NCBI GenBank assembly: GCA_032718475.1
Contig: JAUCBJ010001089.1
Span: 1-51,994 of the forward strand
From: Nemertoderma westbladi
Taxonomy: Eukaryota; Animalia; Xenacoelomorpha
Direction of reading: 5' to 3'
DNA: 51,994 nucleotides
Below the pieces are notes generated by a model. The model saw nothing but the letters and a program-made list of their open reading frames with translations. It was not told where the DNA came from and searched no databases. The position numbers and the translations under genes were made by a program. This document shows positions 36,350-47,938 of this stretch, piece by piece. Numbering within the stretch: the first letter of the stretch is position 1; every line of letters starts with the position of its first letter.

Positions 36350-37294
36350 TCAGAAACACTCTTTCTGCGCCTTATATAGGTAATTTCGGCACTTCTGGAT
36401 TTTGTTGTCAGTCCAGGGGGCCCTTTTCCTGTTTCGAGGGTATACAGGAATTGTTTCTGCAGCTGCTAACTTAACTGCTTCTGTGAAGGCAGTATAGCCC
36501 TCACAGTGATCTGCCGCCTCAGAGGCAAGCACCTCATACCTGTTGCTCAGCTGTAGTGTAAAGCTGGATGTCACACTTGGCTGTTGCAACAGAGAGGACC
36601 AGTCAAGCCGCGGCAAGGCAGATTTCGTTGTTCTGCTAGTATGCAGACTAAGTCTTACCTTGGCCACAATAAGGCGGTGATCACTGGAGAAGGGTCGAAG
36701 TGTAAATGCATTACAGTCTTGTATAGAGCTCCTGTACTTCCTACGAAACAGAATATGGTCTATCTGGGACTTGTGATCACTGGGTCCACTATGAGTCCAT
36801 AGCTTTCCAGTTCGCTTCTTGAACTGGGTTCCAGCCGAAAACAATCCATTTCCAGAGATAAAATCCTGAAGATGGACGGAATTTCGGTTGACACTATTGC
36901 TATAGACCCAGGGCGATGTAGGTGATTGATGCAGACTTGCATTAAATTCTCCCAGGAATGTTAAGAATGCATGCTGATCCACTCCATCAGTAGCTGCTTG
37001 TAGATTGTGGTAGAAATTTTCCACCTCCTCTACAGGGGCAACACTAGTTGGAGAGTAGCACACAACCAGAACCACCTTAGGAAACTTCTTAGCCAGTCTT
37101 CCAGAACATGAGAAGTGGCAACGGATGATGCGGTTAGAGATTTGGTCTATTTTGTCCAATGCTGCATGTGCAGTTGGATTCATCAATAGACCAATACCAC
37201 CATTGCCACTATCATCTGCTGACGCAAGGGCGAGTCGCCAACCGCCCCCCATGTCCTTAATCAGAACCTCATCAGTCTGTCCAGTCTGCATTCG
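36350..37294 (-). pseudogene. AP endonuclease domain of the LINE (N-terminally truncated)
   Basis: GGIGLLM, CYSPT, LGEFNA (canonical GDFNA), SQIDHIL, SSDHRL. The ORF-track ATG at 37300 lies inside the TSD. Confidence 0.88.
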
Positions 37295-38464
37295 GTACAT
37301 ACTAACGGTCTTCTAATAATATAGTAATCTTATTGAAAGGTCAATAATTATGTTCCGCCTTCTTTCATTAACTCTTAGAGAACATAATAAATATCATTTA
37401 TGTGATATACATTATTGACGTATTTTACATTATTTTGAGTGTAACTTGAACGAAGAGGTGGACAGTTGAACTGAAGCTAGAGAGTTTCTTTCGCGGTCCC
37501 CAAGCACCGCCATCTAGAGTACATGGTTGTAATAATATACTACTGTCAACAACTGAGGCCAAGCACAATTAATTGTAATGTAAATGCTTAGTAGGTTTTG
37601 TATATCTTGGACGTTTCCAACAGTTTTTACTCGGACGTTTTTAAACTAACAAAACCAGAAAACTAAACAAGGGTGCCAGCCGGGTACCAACAGCTGCTGG
37701 GTAGACTCATAATGGAAGATAGAGGCTTCTACATTATATTGGTTGCTTCCAATGCTTTTTATCAGGCAAACCTCAGAATGTAAGTATAAATAATTTATCT
37801 AATACCGTAAGACACCTTAGCAGACTAAACTGCCCTTTGGGGCCCGTTTCCCATGTTGCGGATATGGATAACATTTCACACATCGCACTAATTGTTATTG
37901 TGATTTGTCTGCTTAGGCGACTGTGTATCACATTAAATGGGAGGAAGTTTTTTTGGTTAATGCAAGTCATTCTTGGTTTGCATCTTCCAATCCCATATGT
38001 TTGTTGGTGTCTGTTTAAGACAGGTTCGTTTAAAGCCATCTTTATGGCGTTCTAGTTATTGTACTGGTTATTGAACATTATATTATAGACTCATTACACA
38101 GTTAATGAGTCTATATACTGTAATAGGCCTACATGTTAGATGATAGATTATATGTTTTATCACAGGTTGTTGTTATTGTTTATTGTGTTAGAGACCCGGC
38201 CGCCTCGGTAGTATTTTATTCAAGACATCGATTAATGCCCAGTGCAGTTTTACTTTAACATACACACCGCGACGACGTTATCACTGTAAGGTAGTATATC
38301 ACACACGACTTCCTCAGGATGTCATTACTTTACCAGAGTGTAGTATGCAACCATGTGATAACAGCTAATTTCTCTGTTGAGAAAACAACAGAGAAGCTGG
38401 CCAATACTTGGCCAACTCTGTGCGATTGTAGGTACGTTATTCTAGCCTACTCTACCAAACTCAC

Positions 38465-38811
38465 GGGAGTTTTATTTCGCGGATTTCTACACGGCCCTGC
38501 GTTGTCTTTGTATTCGGGACTACCATTGACTGAATCCGTGGAATTGCTGCTTCGTATCATCTCAAACTCTCTTCTCACGAATAAATTTGTACGAAGGTTG
38601 TTACAATGTAACCGCGATAAACAACTAGTAGACGCAGATCGCATTGACGAAGTTATAGAAGTATCATCGGCATCTGTCAGATCATCAGCAACTCTCTCAG
38701 TGTCATTTTCATTATGAGACTTTAATCCTAGTATAATTGAGAGCGATGAGTTAACTCTTTCATAAAGACGAGATTTTGTTAACCCCGCTATAGTCAATGC
38801 AGCGACTCCAC
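38465..38811 (-). CDS. Probable internal exon (GVAALTIAGL...RNPRNKTP), possibly of the coiled-coil gene
   Basis: Acceptor tattcttcgcattttAG (38813-38812), 347 nt stop-free, donor CCC|GTGAGT (38464-38459) in phase 0, compatible with the acceptor at 23603. No recognisable domain. Confidence 0.5.
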
Positions 38812-38859
38812 CTAAAATGCGAAGAATAATATTAAACACAAAGTTTACCGGACGATACC

Positions 38860-41657
38860 CGCACGTACTCCTCCGCACGTACTCCTCCCCACGTACGCCT
38901 CCCCACGTACTCCTCCGCACGTACTCCTCACCACGTACTCCTCCCCACGTACTCCTCCCCACGTACTCCTCCCCACGTACTCCTCCCCACGTACTCCTCC
39001 CCACGTACTCCTCCTCACGTACTTCTCACCACGTACTCCTCCCCACATACTCCTCCCCACGTACTCCTCCCCACATACTCCTCCGCACGTACTCCTCCGC
39101 ACGTACTCCTCCGCACGTACTCCTCCCCACGTACTCCTCCCCACGTACACCTCCCCACGTACTTATCACCACGTACTCCTCCGCACGTACTCCTCCCCAC
39201 ATATCCTCCCCCACGTACTCCTCCGCACGTACTCCTCCCCACGTACTCCTCCCCTCGTACGCCTCCCCACGTACCCCTCCCCACGTACTCCTCCCCACGT
39301 ACTCCTCCCCACGTACTCCTCCCCACGTACTCCTCTGCACGTACTCCTCCCCACGTACTTATCACCACGTACTCCTCCGCACGTACTCCTCCCCACATAT
39401 CCTCCCCACGTACTCCTCCGCACGTACTCCTCCACACGTACTCCTCCCCACGTACTCCTCCCCACGTACTCCTCCCCACGTACACCTCCCCACGTACACC
39501 TCCCCACGTACTCCTCCGCACGTACTCCTCACCACGTACTCCTCCCCACGTACTCCTCCCCACGTACTCCTCCCCACGTACTCCTCCCCACGTACTCCTC
39601 CCCACGTACTCCTCCTCACGTACTTCTCACCACGTACTCCTCCCCACATACTCCTCCCCACGTACTCCTCCCCACATACTCCTCCGCACGTACTCCTCCG
39701 CACGTACTCCTCCCCACGTACTCCTCCCCACGTACACCTCCCCACGTACTTATCACCACGTACTCCTCCGCACGTACTCCTCCCCACATATCCTCCCCAC
39801 GTACTCCTCCGCACGTACTCCTCACCACGTACTCCTCCCCACGTACTCCTCCCCACGTACTCCTCCCCTCGTACGCCTCCCCGCGTACCCCTCCCCACGT
39901 ACTCCTCCCCACGTACTCCTCCCCACGTACTCCTCCCCACGTACTCCTCTGCACGTACTCCTCCCCACGTACTCCTCCCCACGTACTCCTCCACACGTAC
40001 TCCTCCCCACATACTCCTCCCCACGTACTCCTCCCCACGTACTCCTCCCCACGTACTTATCACCACGTACTCCTCCGCACGTACTCCTCCCCACGTACTC
40101 CTCCCCACGTACTCCTCCCCACGTACTCCTCCCCACGTACTCCTCTGCACGTACTCCTCCCCACGTACTCCTCCGCACGTACTCCTGCCCACGTACTGAT
40201 CCCCACATACTCCTCCCCACGTACTGCTCCACACGTACTCATCCCCACGTACTCCTCCCCACGTACTCCTCCCCACGTACTCCTCCCCTCGTACGCCTCC
40301 CCACGTACCCCTCCCCACGTACTCCTCCCCACGTACTCCTCCCCACGTACTCCTCCCCACGTACTCCTCTGCACGTACTCCTCCCCACGTACTCCTCCCC
40401 ACGTACTCCTCCCCTCGTACGCCCCCCCACGTACCCCTCCCCACGTACTCCTCCCCACGTACTCCTCCCCACGTACTCCTCCGCACGTACTCCTGCCCAC
40501 GTACTGATCCCCACATACTCCTCCCCACGTACTGCTCCACACGTACTCCTCCCCACGTACTCCTCCCCACGTACTCCTCCCCACGTACTCCTCCCCTCGT
40601 ACGCCTCCCCACGTACCCCTCCCCACGTACTCCTCCCCACGTACTCCTCCCCACGTACTCCTCCCCACGTACTCCTCTGCACGTACTCCTCCCCACGTAC
40701 TCCTCCCCACGTACTCCTCCACACGTACTCCTCCCCACGTACTCCTCCCCACGTACTCCTCCCCACGTACTCCTCCCCACGTACTTATCACCACGTACTC
40801 CTCCGCACGTACTCCTCCCCCACATACTCCTCCCCACGTACTCCTCCCCACGTACTCCTCCCCACGTACTCCTCCCCACGTACTCCTCCCCACGTACTCC
40901 TCCCCACATACTCCTCCCCACGTACTCCTCCGCACGTACTCCTCACCACGTACTCCTCCCCACGTACGCCTCCCCACGTACTCCTCCCCACATACTCCTC
41001 CGCACGTACTCCTCCCCACGTACTCCTCCCCACGTACTCCTCTCCACGTACTCCTCCCCACGTACTCCTCTCCATGTACTCCTCCCCATGTACTCCTCCG
41101 CACGTACTCCTCCCCACGTACTCCTCCCCACATACTCCTCGCCACGTACTCCTCGCCACGTACTCCTCGCCACGTACTCCTCACCACGTACTCCTCCCCA
41201 CGTACTCCTCCCCACGTACTCCTCCCCACGTACTCCTCCCCACGTACTCCTCTCCATGTACTCCTCCCCACGTACTCCTCCCCACGTACTCCTCCCCATG
41301 TACTCCTCCCCACGTACTCCTCCCCACGTACTCCTCCCCACGTACTCCTCCCCACGTACTCCTCTCCACGTACTCCTCCCCATGTACTCCTCCGCACGTT
41401 ATCCTTCCCACGTACTCCTCCCCTCGTACTCCTCACCACGCACTCCTCCCCACGTACTCCTCCCCACGTACTCCTCCCCTCGTACGCCTCCCCACGTACC
41501 CCTCCCCACGTACTCCTCCCCACGTACCCCTCCCCACGTACTCCTCACGTACACCTCCCCTCGTACTCCTCCCCACGTACTCCTCCTCACGTACTCCTCC
41601 CCACGTATTCATCCCCACGTACTCCTCCCCACGTACTCCTCCCCACGTACTCCTCCC
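38860..41657. repeat. 14-bp minisatellite (ACGTACTCCTCCCC)n, ~200 units
   Basis: Read directly. The 14-aa periodicity of the translated ORFs equals three 14-bp units. Confidence 0.99.
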
Positions 41658-42038
41658 AACTAATTCCATAATCACCCATACTAGTTCCGTACTCCTCCCC
41701 AAGGGTTCCGTACTTGAAAAGAACTTGCAATCCGCACGTAAAAAAATATTACGGGTCATGGTGTATATACTGTATATACTGTAATTATATTACAAATAAT
41801 ATAATCAAAATTTAATATAACTTACATGCAATAAATGTAGTCCAATATGAATTCCCGTTAACAGAAAATGTTTGCTGTAAATAATTAATAAATACGGCGC
41901 TGTAATGCTTCACGGCTGTCATATAAACCGACATTATATGTTCATAAAGAAAGTTAACTATTAACCACAGTACTATTATCAACAAGGTTCGGAGCATCAG
42001 TTGTTAAACTTAAATCTTATCGATACAGAAGTCACATT

Positions 42039-43005
42039 GGTACTACTATGTTATGGGTACCCACTTTTTAAACAAATTTATTCATATGAAAATTGCTTTT
42101 ATCATGAGGTTTTTTGTTCTAGAACAAGTATTTAACCTTCTGCCAATACGATGGTAGCTAGTAATTTTGATTTTGTGTTATAGCTAGTACTTTTTATTAG
42201 CTAGTAAATGTAAGATATACTGGTAATTTAATTCTCAATTATATATTTGCATGGAATAATTATGAGTCATGGCAGCTAGTAATTTTTATTTGATAGTCAA
42301 CGTAGCTAGTAATTATTCACTAGCTAGTTTTTTATACAAAATATAGACAGATGTAAAAATAGAGTTTTTACATATTTTACTTATTTAGGCTTATTTTACT
42401 TATTACTACATTTATTTATCTTTTTATTAGTCATTTCTACAGTAGAATATATTGATGATATGGAAATTGTCTAAATAAAAGGGGCACTACAAAATTTATT
42501 TTCTAATTTTAAGATCACTATCTATCTACCTTTAAAAACACTAGCTACCACAATAAAAAATAATAGCTAACCTCTCTCAGAAGGTGAAATAATTTATGTT
42601 CTAGAACAAAAAACCATCTTGATAATATCCATTAACATGGTCCAAAATATTATTTTGTAATTTTAAGATCTCTAGCTACTTTTAAAAACACTAGCTACTT
42701 TAATAAAAAATAATAGGTAACCTCTCTCAGAAGGTGAAATTTATGTTCTAGAACGAAAAACATCATGATAATATCCAATAATATGGTAAAAAAAATTGCT
42801 CAAAAATTTGGGGCAAAAAATTTGGTTTTGTAATTTTAAAAACAGTAGCTACCTAAAAGAAATCACTAGCTACCATAAAAGAAACAATAGCTAACGTCTA
42901 ACAGAAGATGACATTAATGTTATAAAACAAAAAACCTCAAGATGATAGCCATTAACATTGTCAAATAAATGGTCAAAAAGTGGGTACCCATAACATAGTA
43001 GTACC
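42039..43005. mobile_element. Non-autonomous DNA transposon with GG..CC ends and 8-bp TSD (Merlin-like)
   Basis: Perfect 31-bp TIR GGTACTACTATGTTATGGGTACCCACTTTTT; TSD GTCACATT at 42031-42038 and 43006-43013. Confidence 0.88.
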
Positions 43006-43375
43006 GTCACATTTACAACAGTTTACCGGTAGGCCCAATTCAGACCGTAAAGGCGTTCTAAACTACAGTACAGGCCAACTCCCTGTAGACGGAATTCACT
43101 CTAGAACTTGAGGGTCAAAATGACAGAGCAAACACACTGATTAATTAATTATATGTAAATGTAAAATTCGGGAACATGTACCCCCAATCTTTAAATTTTT
43201 TAACACCCAGAAGTAAACACTCTAATTTTTCATACCAAAACCTACAGTAGCTAGTGGATTAAATGGAAGGTGTTTGGATTATTTTACAGTAGTTAAGCTA
43301 TAGTAAATCGAATAAATATATCGGGGTCAGTTCCGCCCGTGGCTCCTTTTTGGGATTTTTAACTGTACTTATATA

Positions 43376-44129
43376 CACCATGACACCATGACCAGTAATA
43401 TAGCGTCATTTTCTGATGACACGGACCCCCCCCCCCCCCTCCCAAAAAAAATTTTGCCTTTACATTTTTTTATAAGCGTTTTAAAAAAGTGTCTTTTGCG
43501 AGATTGCACATCTCCTATCATTGCCATTCTTCACATTAACCTCGCTTTATAGATATCATTAAACAGCTTGCGTTCCAAGGATTCCAAATATGTAACAATG
43601 TTTGAATTTCTAGATATGGGCGTTCAAATATTGCAAGAATTATTGTTCACTGCAGACCATTTATTCTATTTAATAAAATACACAATATTCTGGAACAATT
43701 TGTTTATGTATGATTAGCTACGCAAAATAGATATTGTATAGGCATACCACTGATTGCCAACCAACTCATAAAATAAATAAAACGTTCTAGAATTTTGTGT
43801 ATCTCAACAAAATTCAGATATTGTTACATATTTGGAATCCTTGTAACGCAAGTTTTCTAATGATATGAAAAAATTGCGATTAATGTGAAGAATGGCAATG
43901 ATACGGAAGGTGCGATTTCGCAAGACACTTTTTTAAAACGCTTATAAAAATTTTTTTAAGGCGAAATCGAAAATTCCGGCTTCATGGTAACAACCACGAT
44001 GAGTTGAACTACAGTAGTTGTGTTTCAAATTTCAAGCAATATGATAAAGATTTGTAGAAAAATTTGGGGGGGGGGGGGGGGGGGCGTGTCATCAGAAAAT
44101 GACACTATGTTACGGCACGGGTCATGGTG
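43376..44129. mobile_element. Foldback DNA element flanked by TA
   Basis: TA|CACCATGAC ... GTCATGGTG|TA, with inner inverted blocks (GTCATTTTCTGATGACACG; TTTTATAAGCGTTTTAAAAAAGTGTCTT; CAAGGATTCCAAATATGTAACAAT). A solo right end ACGGGTCATGGTGTA lies at 41751-41765. Confidence 0.85.
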
Positions 44130-44143
44130 TACTACATAGATAG

Positions 44144-44733
44144 GGCATTAGTATATTATCTATGCCCATGCTATGTTTTTGATTTCTTTTTTCATTTTTT
44201 ACTTTTTAGATTAAAAGATATTCTACATGTTGTTTGGCTTTGTATTATCAATTTTATTTTAGAATTATATATTTTTGTTGCAATGGTTACAATAAATAAA
44301 ATAAATTTCAATTTACTTTATTTCTTATTGTAATGCTTTTTATTTCTTAATCTTATTGACAAATATTTTTGAGGTTTAAATTACATTTTTATTTTTTTTA
44401 CTAGTTAATAAAAAGTACTAGCTAACACAAAATCAAAATTACTAGCTATCATATTTTTGTCAGATGGCTAAATATTTGTTCTAGAACAAAAAACGTCATA
44501 ATAAAATGAATTTTCACAAGAAAAAGTTGTTAATTTTTTTTTATTTTTCAATTATGATCTTTTTTCACTAGCTAATATAAAGTACTAGCTAACACAAAAT
44601 CAAAATTACTGGCTACCATCTTACTGTCAGAGGGTCAAATTTTTGTTCTAGAACAAAAAACCTCATGATTCGATAATCACTAATAATTTTAATAATTTTT
44701 TTTTAATTTGGGCATAGATACTATACTAATACC
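44144..44733. mobile_element. Older Merlin-like MITE
   Basis: TIR GGCATTAGTATATTATCTATGCCC / GGGCATAGATACTATACTAATACC (2 mismatches); degenerate TSD (..TAGATAG); shares internal sequence with 42039-43005. Confidence 0.65.
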
Positions 44734-45843
44734 ACTAGATAGTGTTTTCACTTTTTGTAGTTTTAAATGTTCTAGAACATATCAGTTATTGACTAAAATA
44801 AAAATTTATGTTCTAGAACAATTATTATTTGTTCTAGAACAATTTTTATACAAGCTAGTTTTTAAAACAAATTTTGTCTTTAATTTTTGGATTTTTAACT
44901 GTATTTTTATACTAGCTAGTGTTTTCACTTTTTCTTGTTTTAAATGTTCTAGAACATGGTTAAGTTACGCTATTGATTAAAATATAATGTTTTTCTAAGG
45001 TAGCCAGTATTTTTAATAGGCTATAGCTAGTGTTTAAAAAAATTTACTAGCTATATTTCGCTAAAACTAAAAAACGCTATAACTGTTATTATATAGCAGT
45101 TTCTGACATATTAATGTACTAAAACATCCCGCTGAAAAAAAAATGCAAACTAAAAAAGTACTAAGTGTGAAGTAGCACTTTACAGTGTGATGATCCGAGT
45201 GACTTTGTTACACGAACGAACGTTAGTGAGTGAGTGAAAATAAACCTACTAGGAGCAGAACACTGTAAAGTACTTTGCAATGTATGTATGTATGCAAGCT
45301 AGTTTTTTCTACTTTTTTTATATATGTTATATCGAACAAGTGTTGGTTATCAATTTTGATAAATATTTCTGTTCTAGAACACATTTTTTTTTAGAAAACG
45401 TTTTGGAAAAAATACCATTTTAATGTCAGAAGGTCAAATATTTGTTCTAGAAAAAAAACCTCATGATAAAAACCATTTTATATAAAAAATTGGTCAAACA
45501 ATGGGTACCCGGGTATAGTAATGCCGGTATTTCACTATTGAAGCTTCGATGGACTATATTTATGCTGAACTACACTCTGTAGGCCCAGATAAAAGTGAGA
45601 GAAGACTTACAACAAATAAAACTACGTAAGTGGTGGCAAAATGTATCATTTTTGTTTTGCTTTCTTTTTTGTCTCGCTACGCTCGACAAAGAATGCCATC
45701 TTTTTTGCCACCACTTAAATACTGTAGTAATTTTTTTAATATAGGCGGAACTATAAGTATAAAGTAAATCTAATTCGGTTAGCAATTTTTGTATTGTCTA
45801 GCTACTGTTGTATTTTCTCTTTTTCGAATTACCTACATTTTTA

Positions 45844-46762
45844 GGTACTGGTTCAGTATGCGTCCAAATATGTCCAAATTTGTTATACTAATTAGTTTTA
45901 GATAATTTCTTATTTTGAAATGTTCTAGATCATGTCAGTTATTTGTTTATAACAAAATAATGTTCGAGAACAAATATTTTCATTCTGGAACATCTTTTTA
46001 GAAGAAAAACAAGGTTAGTATTAAAATCTTAGGAGTTCGTTACATCAACAGTATTTAGCATTTAAGTGATTCTCTGGAAACTTTATTCTCTTTTACCAAA
46101 ACTAGCTAGTCCTATACACTATGTGCCACTTTGTGCTTAGATAACGTTCTGGGTACTAGAAGCATAGGCCCTGTGTGTCTCAATTTTTTATGTATTTGGT
46201 GCCCACTTTTTGACCAGTTTTTTCATGGCTTTTATCATGAGGTTTATATTTGACCTTCTGACACTAAGATGGTAGCTACAGTATGTAGTAATGTTAATTT
46301 TGTGTTAGCTAGTACTTTATATTAGCTAGTAAAAAAATAAAAATTGAAAATTTGAAAAAATATTGACCACTTTTTTCATTGTGTAAATTGGTTTTATCGT
46401 TGCGTAGGCGTAGTCCGTAGCGTGTAGGGCGTAGGCCTAAATGGTTTTATCGTTGCTTTTATTATTTATTAGCTACCATTAACTTTACTAGCTATCATCA
46501 TAATTTAATTAAAAAATTTCAAAACATTAAAAAAAAAATTATTTTACTTCCTTGCTTTTTCCATCCCATGCTTTTTAAATACAAACCAGGCTTTTGTCTA
46601 CAAAATGTTCTAGAACAAAAAATAGTTGTTCTAGAACAGTAATTTTTTCAAAATAATGTAGCTAACATGTTCTGGTACCGGTACATTTCAAAAAAGGAAA
46701 TTATCAAAAACTAGATGGTAGATAAAATTTGGTGGGGGGTGTACGCATACTGAACCAGTACC
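45844..46762. mobile_element. Merlin-like MITE with 8-bp TSD
   Basis: TIR GGTACTGGTTCAGTATGCGT / ACGCATACTGAACCAGTACC; TSD CATTTTTA at 45836-45843 and 46763-46770. Confidence 0.85.
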
Positions 46763-47772
46763 CATTTTTATAATAAAGAAGTACCACCCTGCAGGTCCAA
46801 ATTAATTCTTTTTAGTGTGAATTTAAATAATCTCGAGTAAAAACTATAGAATCCACAAAAAAATGGTTTTAAAATCTGAATCTAAACAGGGGGGGGGGGG
46901 GGGGGGGGGAGTCATACGGTACTCCTGTGACCAAAAAATGGAGACACACGGAACTCTGAAGTCAAAGAGACATTTTTTGCATTTTGTGGGAATATTGAAT
47001 TTCTAGCTAACCACGCCGGTTAAACTGGGCATTACATGTGAGTTGCGAAGTCATCTGTTAATTTTCACTTTTGTTTGAGTGAAGAGCCAAACCCAATATG
47101 TTAATGCAATGTTTGACCTAATCGTTCGGGTTAGGTAAACTGACTAGGAAATAACTACAGTAGCTAGGCCCTACCATGAAATATTACGTGAAAGTCAGTA
47201 AAAAAACTTTACCAATTTCTTAACACCAAATTAATACACACATATCCGCTTTATTGCCAAGTTTTCCCACATCCATTTAGTTACCAATCCTGAACATGAC
47301 ATAATAATTATATAATTTTATTTAGCTTTAGTAAATACAGTAGCTGCTTAGTGGTTGTTTAATTCTATGTACTGTAATACTGTATTACTACGGTACCGGT
47401 ACTGTATGTAATTCTGAGCTTCAAGTTAGCTAGCTAAGTAAATTCTGGCTGCATGGACTGGGATTTAGAAAGCCTTGAACGTACTACATCTTTAGTTTTC
47501 ATTTGTTATTGTTATGTATCTCCAGAATAGGAAATTTCATGTCGCCTTGGATACAGACTGAAATAATTGAATTTGATAGTGCTAGAATATTATTTATATT
47601 ATAAATACACCATCTCCCTTAATGCAACTTTTAAAAGCTCAACTAAATAATAATTAATATTCTATAATACTAATAAATAACTAAGTAATAACTAATAACT
47701 AACTAATACTAATAAATACAAAATAAAATCCGGCCCTGCTATAGCAGTAAGAAAAGTTGTCGAACCATGGTA

Positions 47773-47938
47773 ATAACTATTTATTGTACGGTAAATATAA
47801 CATGCTTTATTTACCGTTCGTCCCGAGATCTGTGATTTACCGAACGAGCAAAGCGCGGGAGGTAAATAAGTCAGATCGAGGGGCAAAAAGGTAAATAACG
47901 TGTTTTATTTATCGTACAATATAATAATTTTATAGTTA
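47773..47938. mobile_element. Hairpin MITE with CpG-rich centre
   Basis: Arms TATTGTACGGTAAA..TTATTTACC..GATCTG..ATTTACC and GGTAAAT..CAGATC..GGTAAATAA..TTTATCGTACAATA around CGAGCAAAGCGCG. Confidence 0.6.

Larger units (their letters stand above)
34856..37294 (-). mobile_element. 5'-truncated, internally deleted RTE-type non-LTR retrotransposon
   Basis: Exact 12-bp TSD GTACATACTAAC at 34844-34855 and 37295-37306; (TAG)n 3' tail near 34856-34868; APE and RT coding remnants. Confidence 0.92.

Noticed and set aside
38817-41784. Many long ORFs (up to 519 aa) with PTYSSPRTPPHVLL / GRSTWGGVRGEEYV repeats
   Set aside because: They are by-products of a stop-free 14-bp minisatellite. The same peptide appears in all frames on both strands and unit indels shift frames freely.
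43027-43100. Candidate minus-strand exon (TAG...CCG|GTAAAC)
   Set aside because: Its only open frame ends in phase 2, incompatible with the phase-1 acceptor at 38811, and the donor overlaps a TACCGGTA motif.
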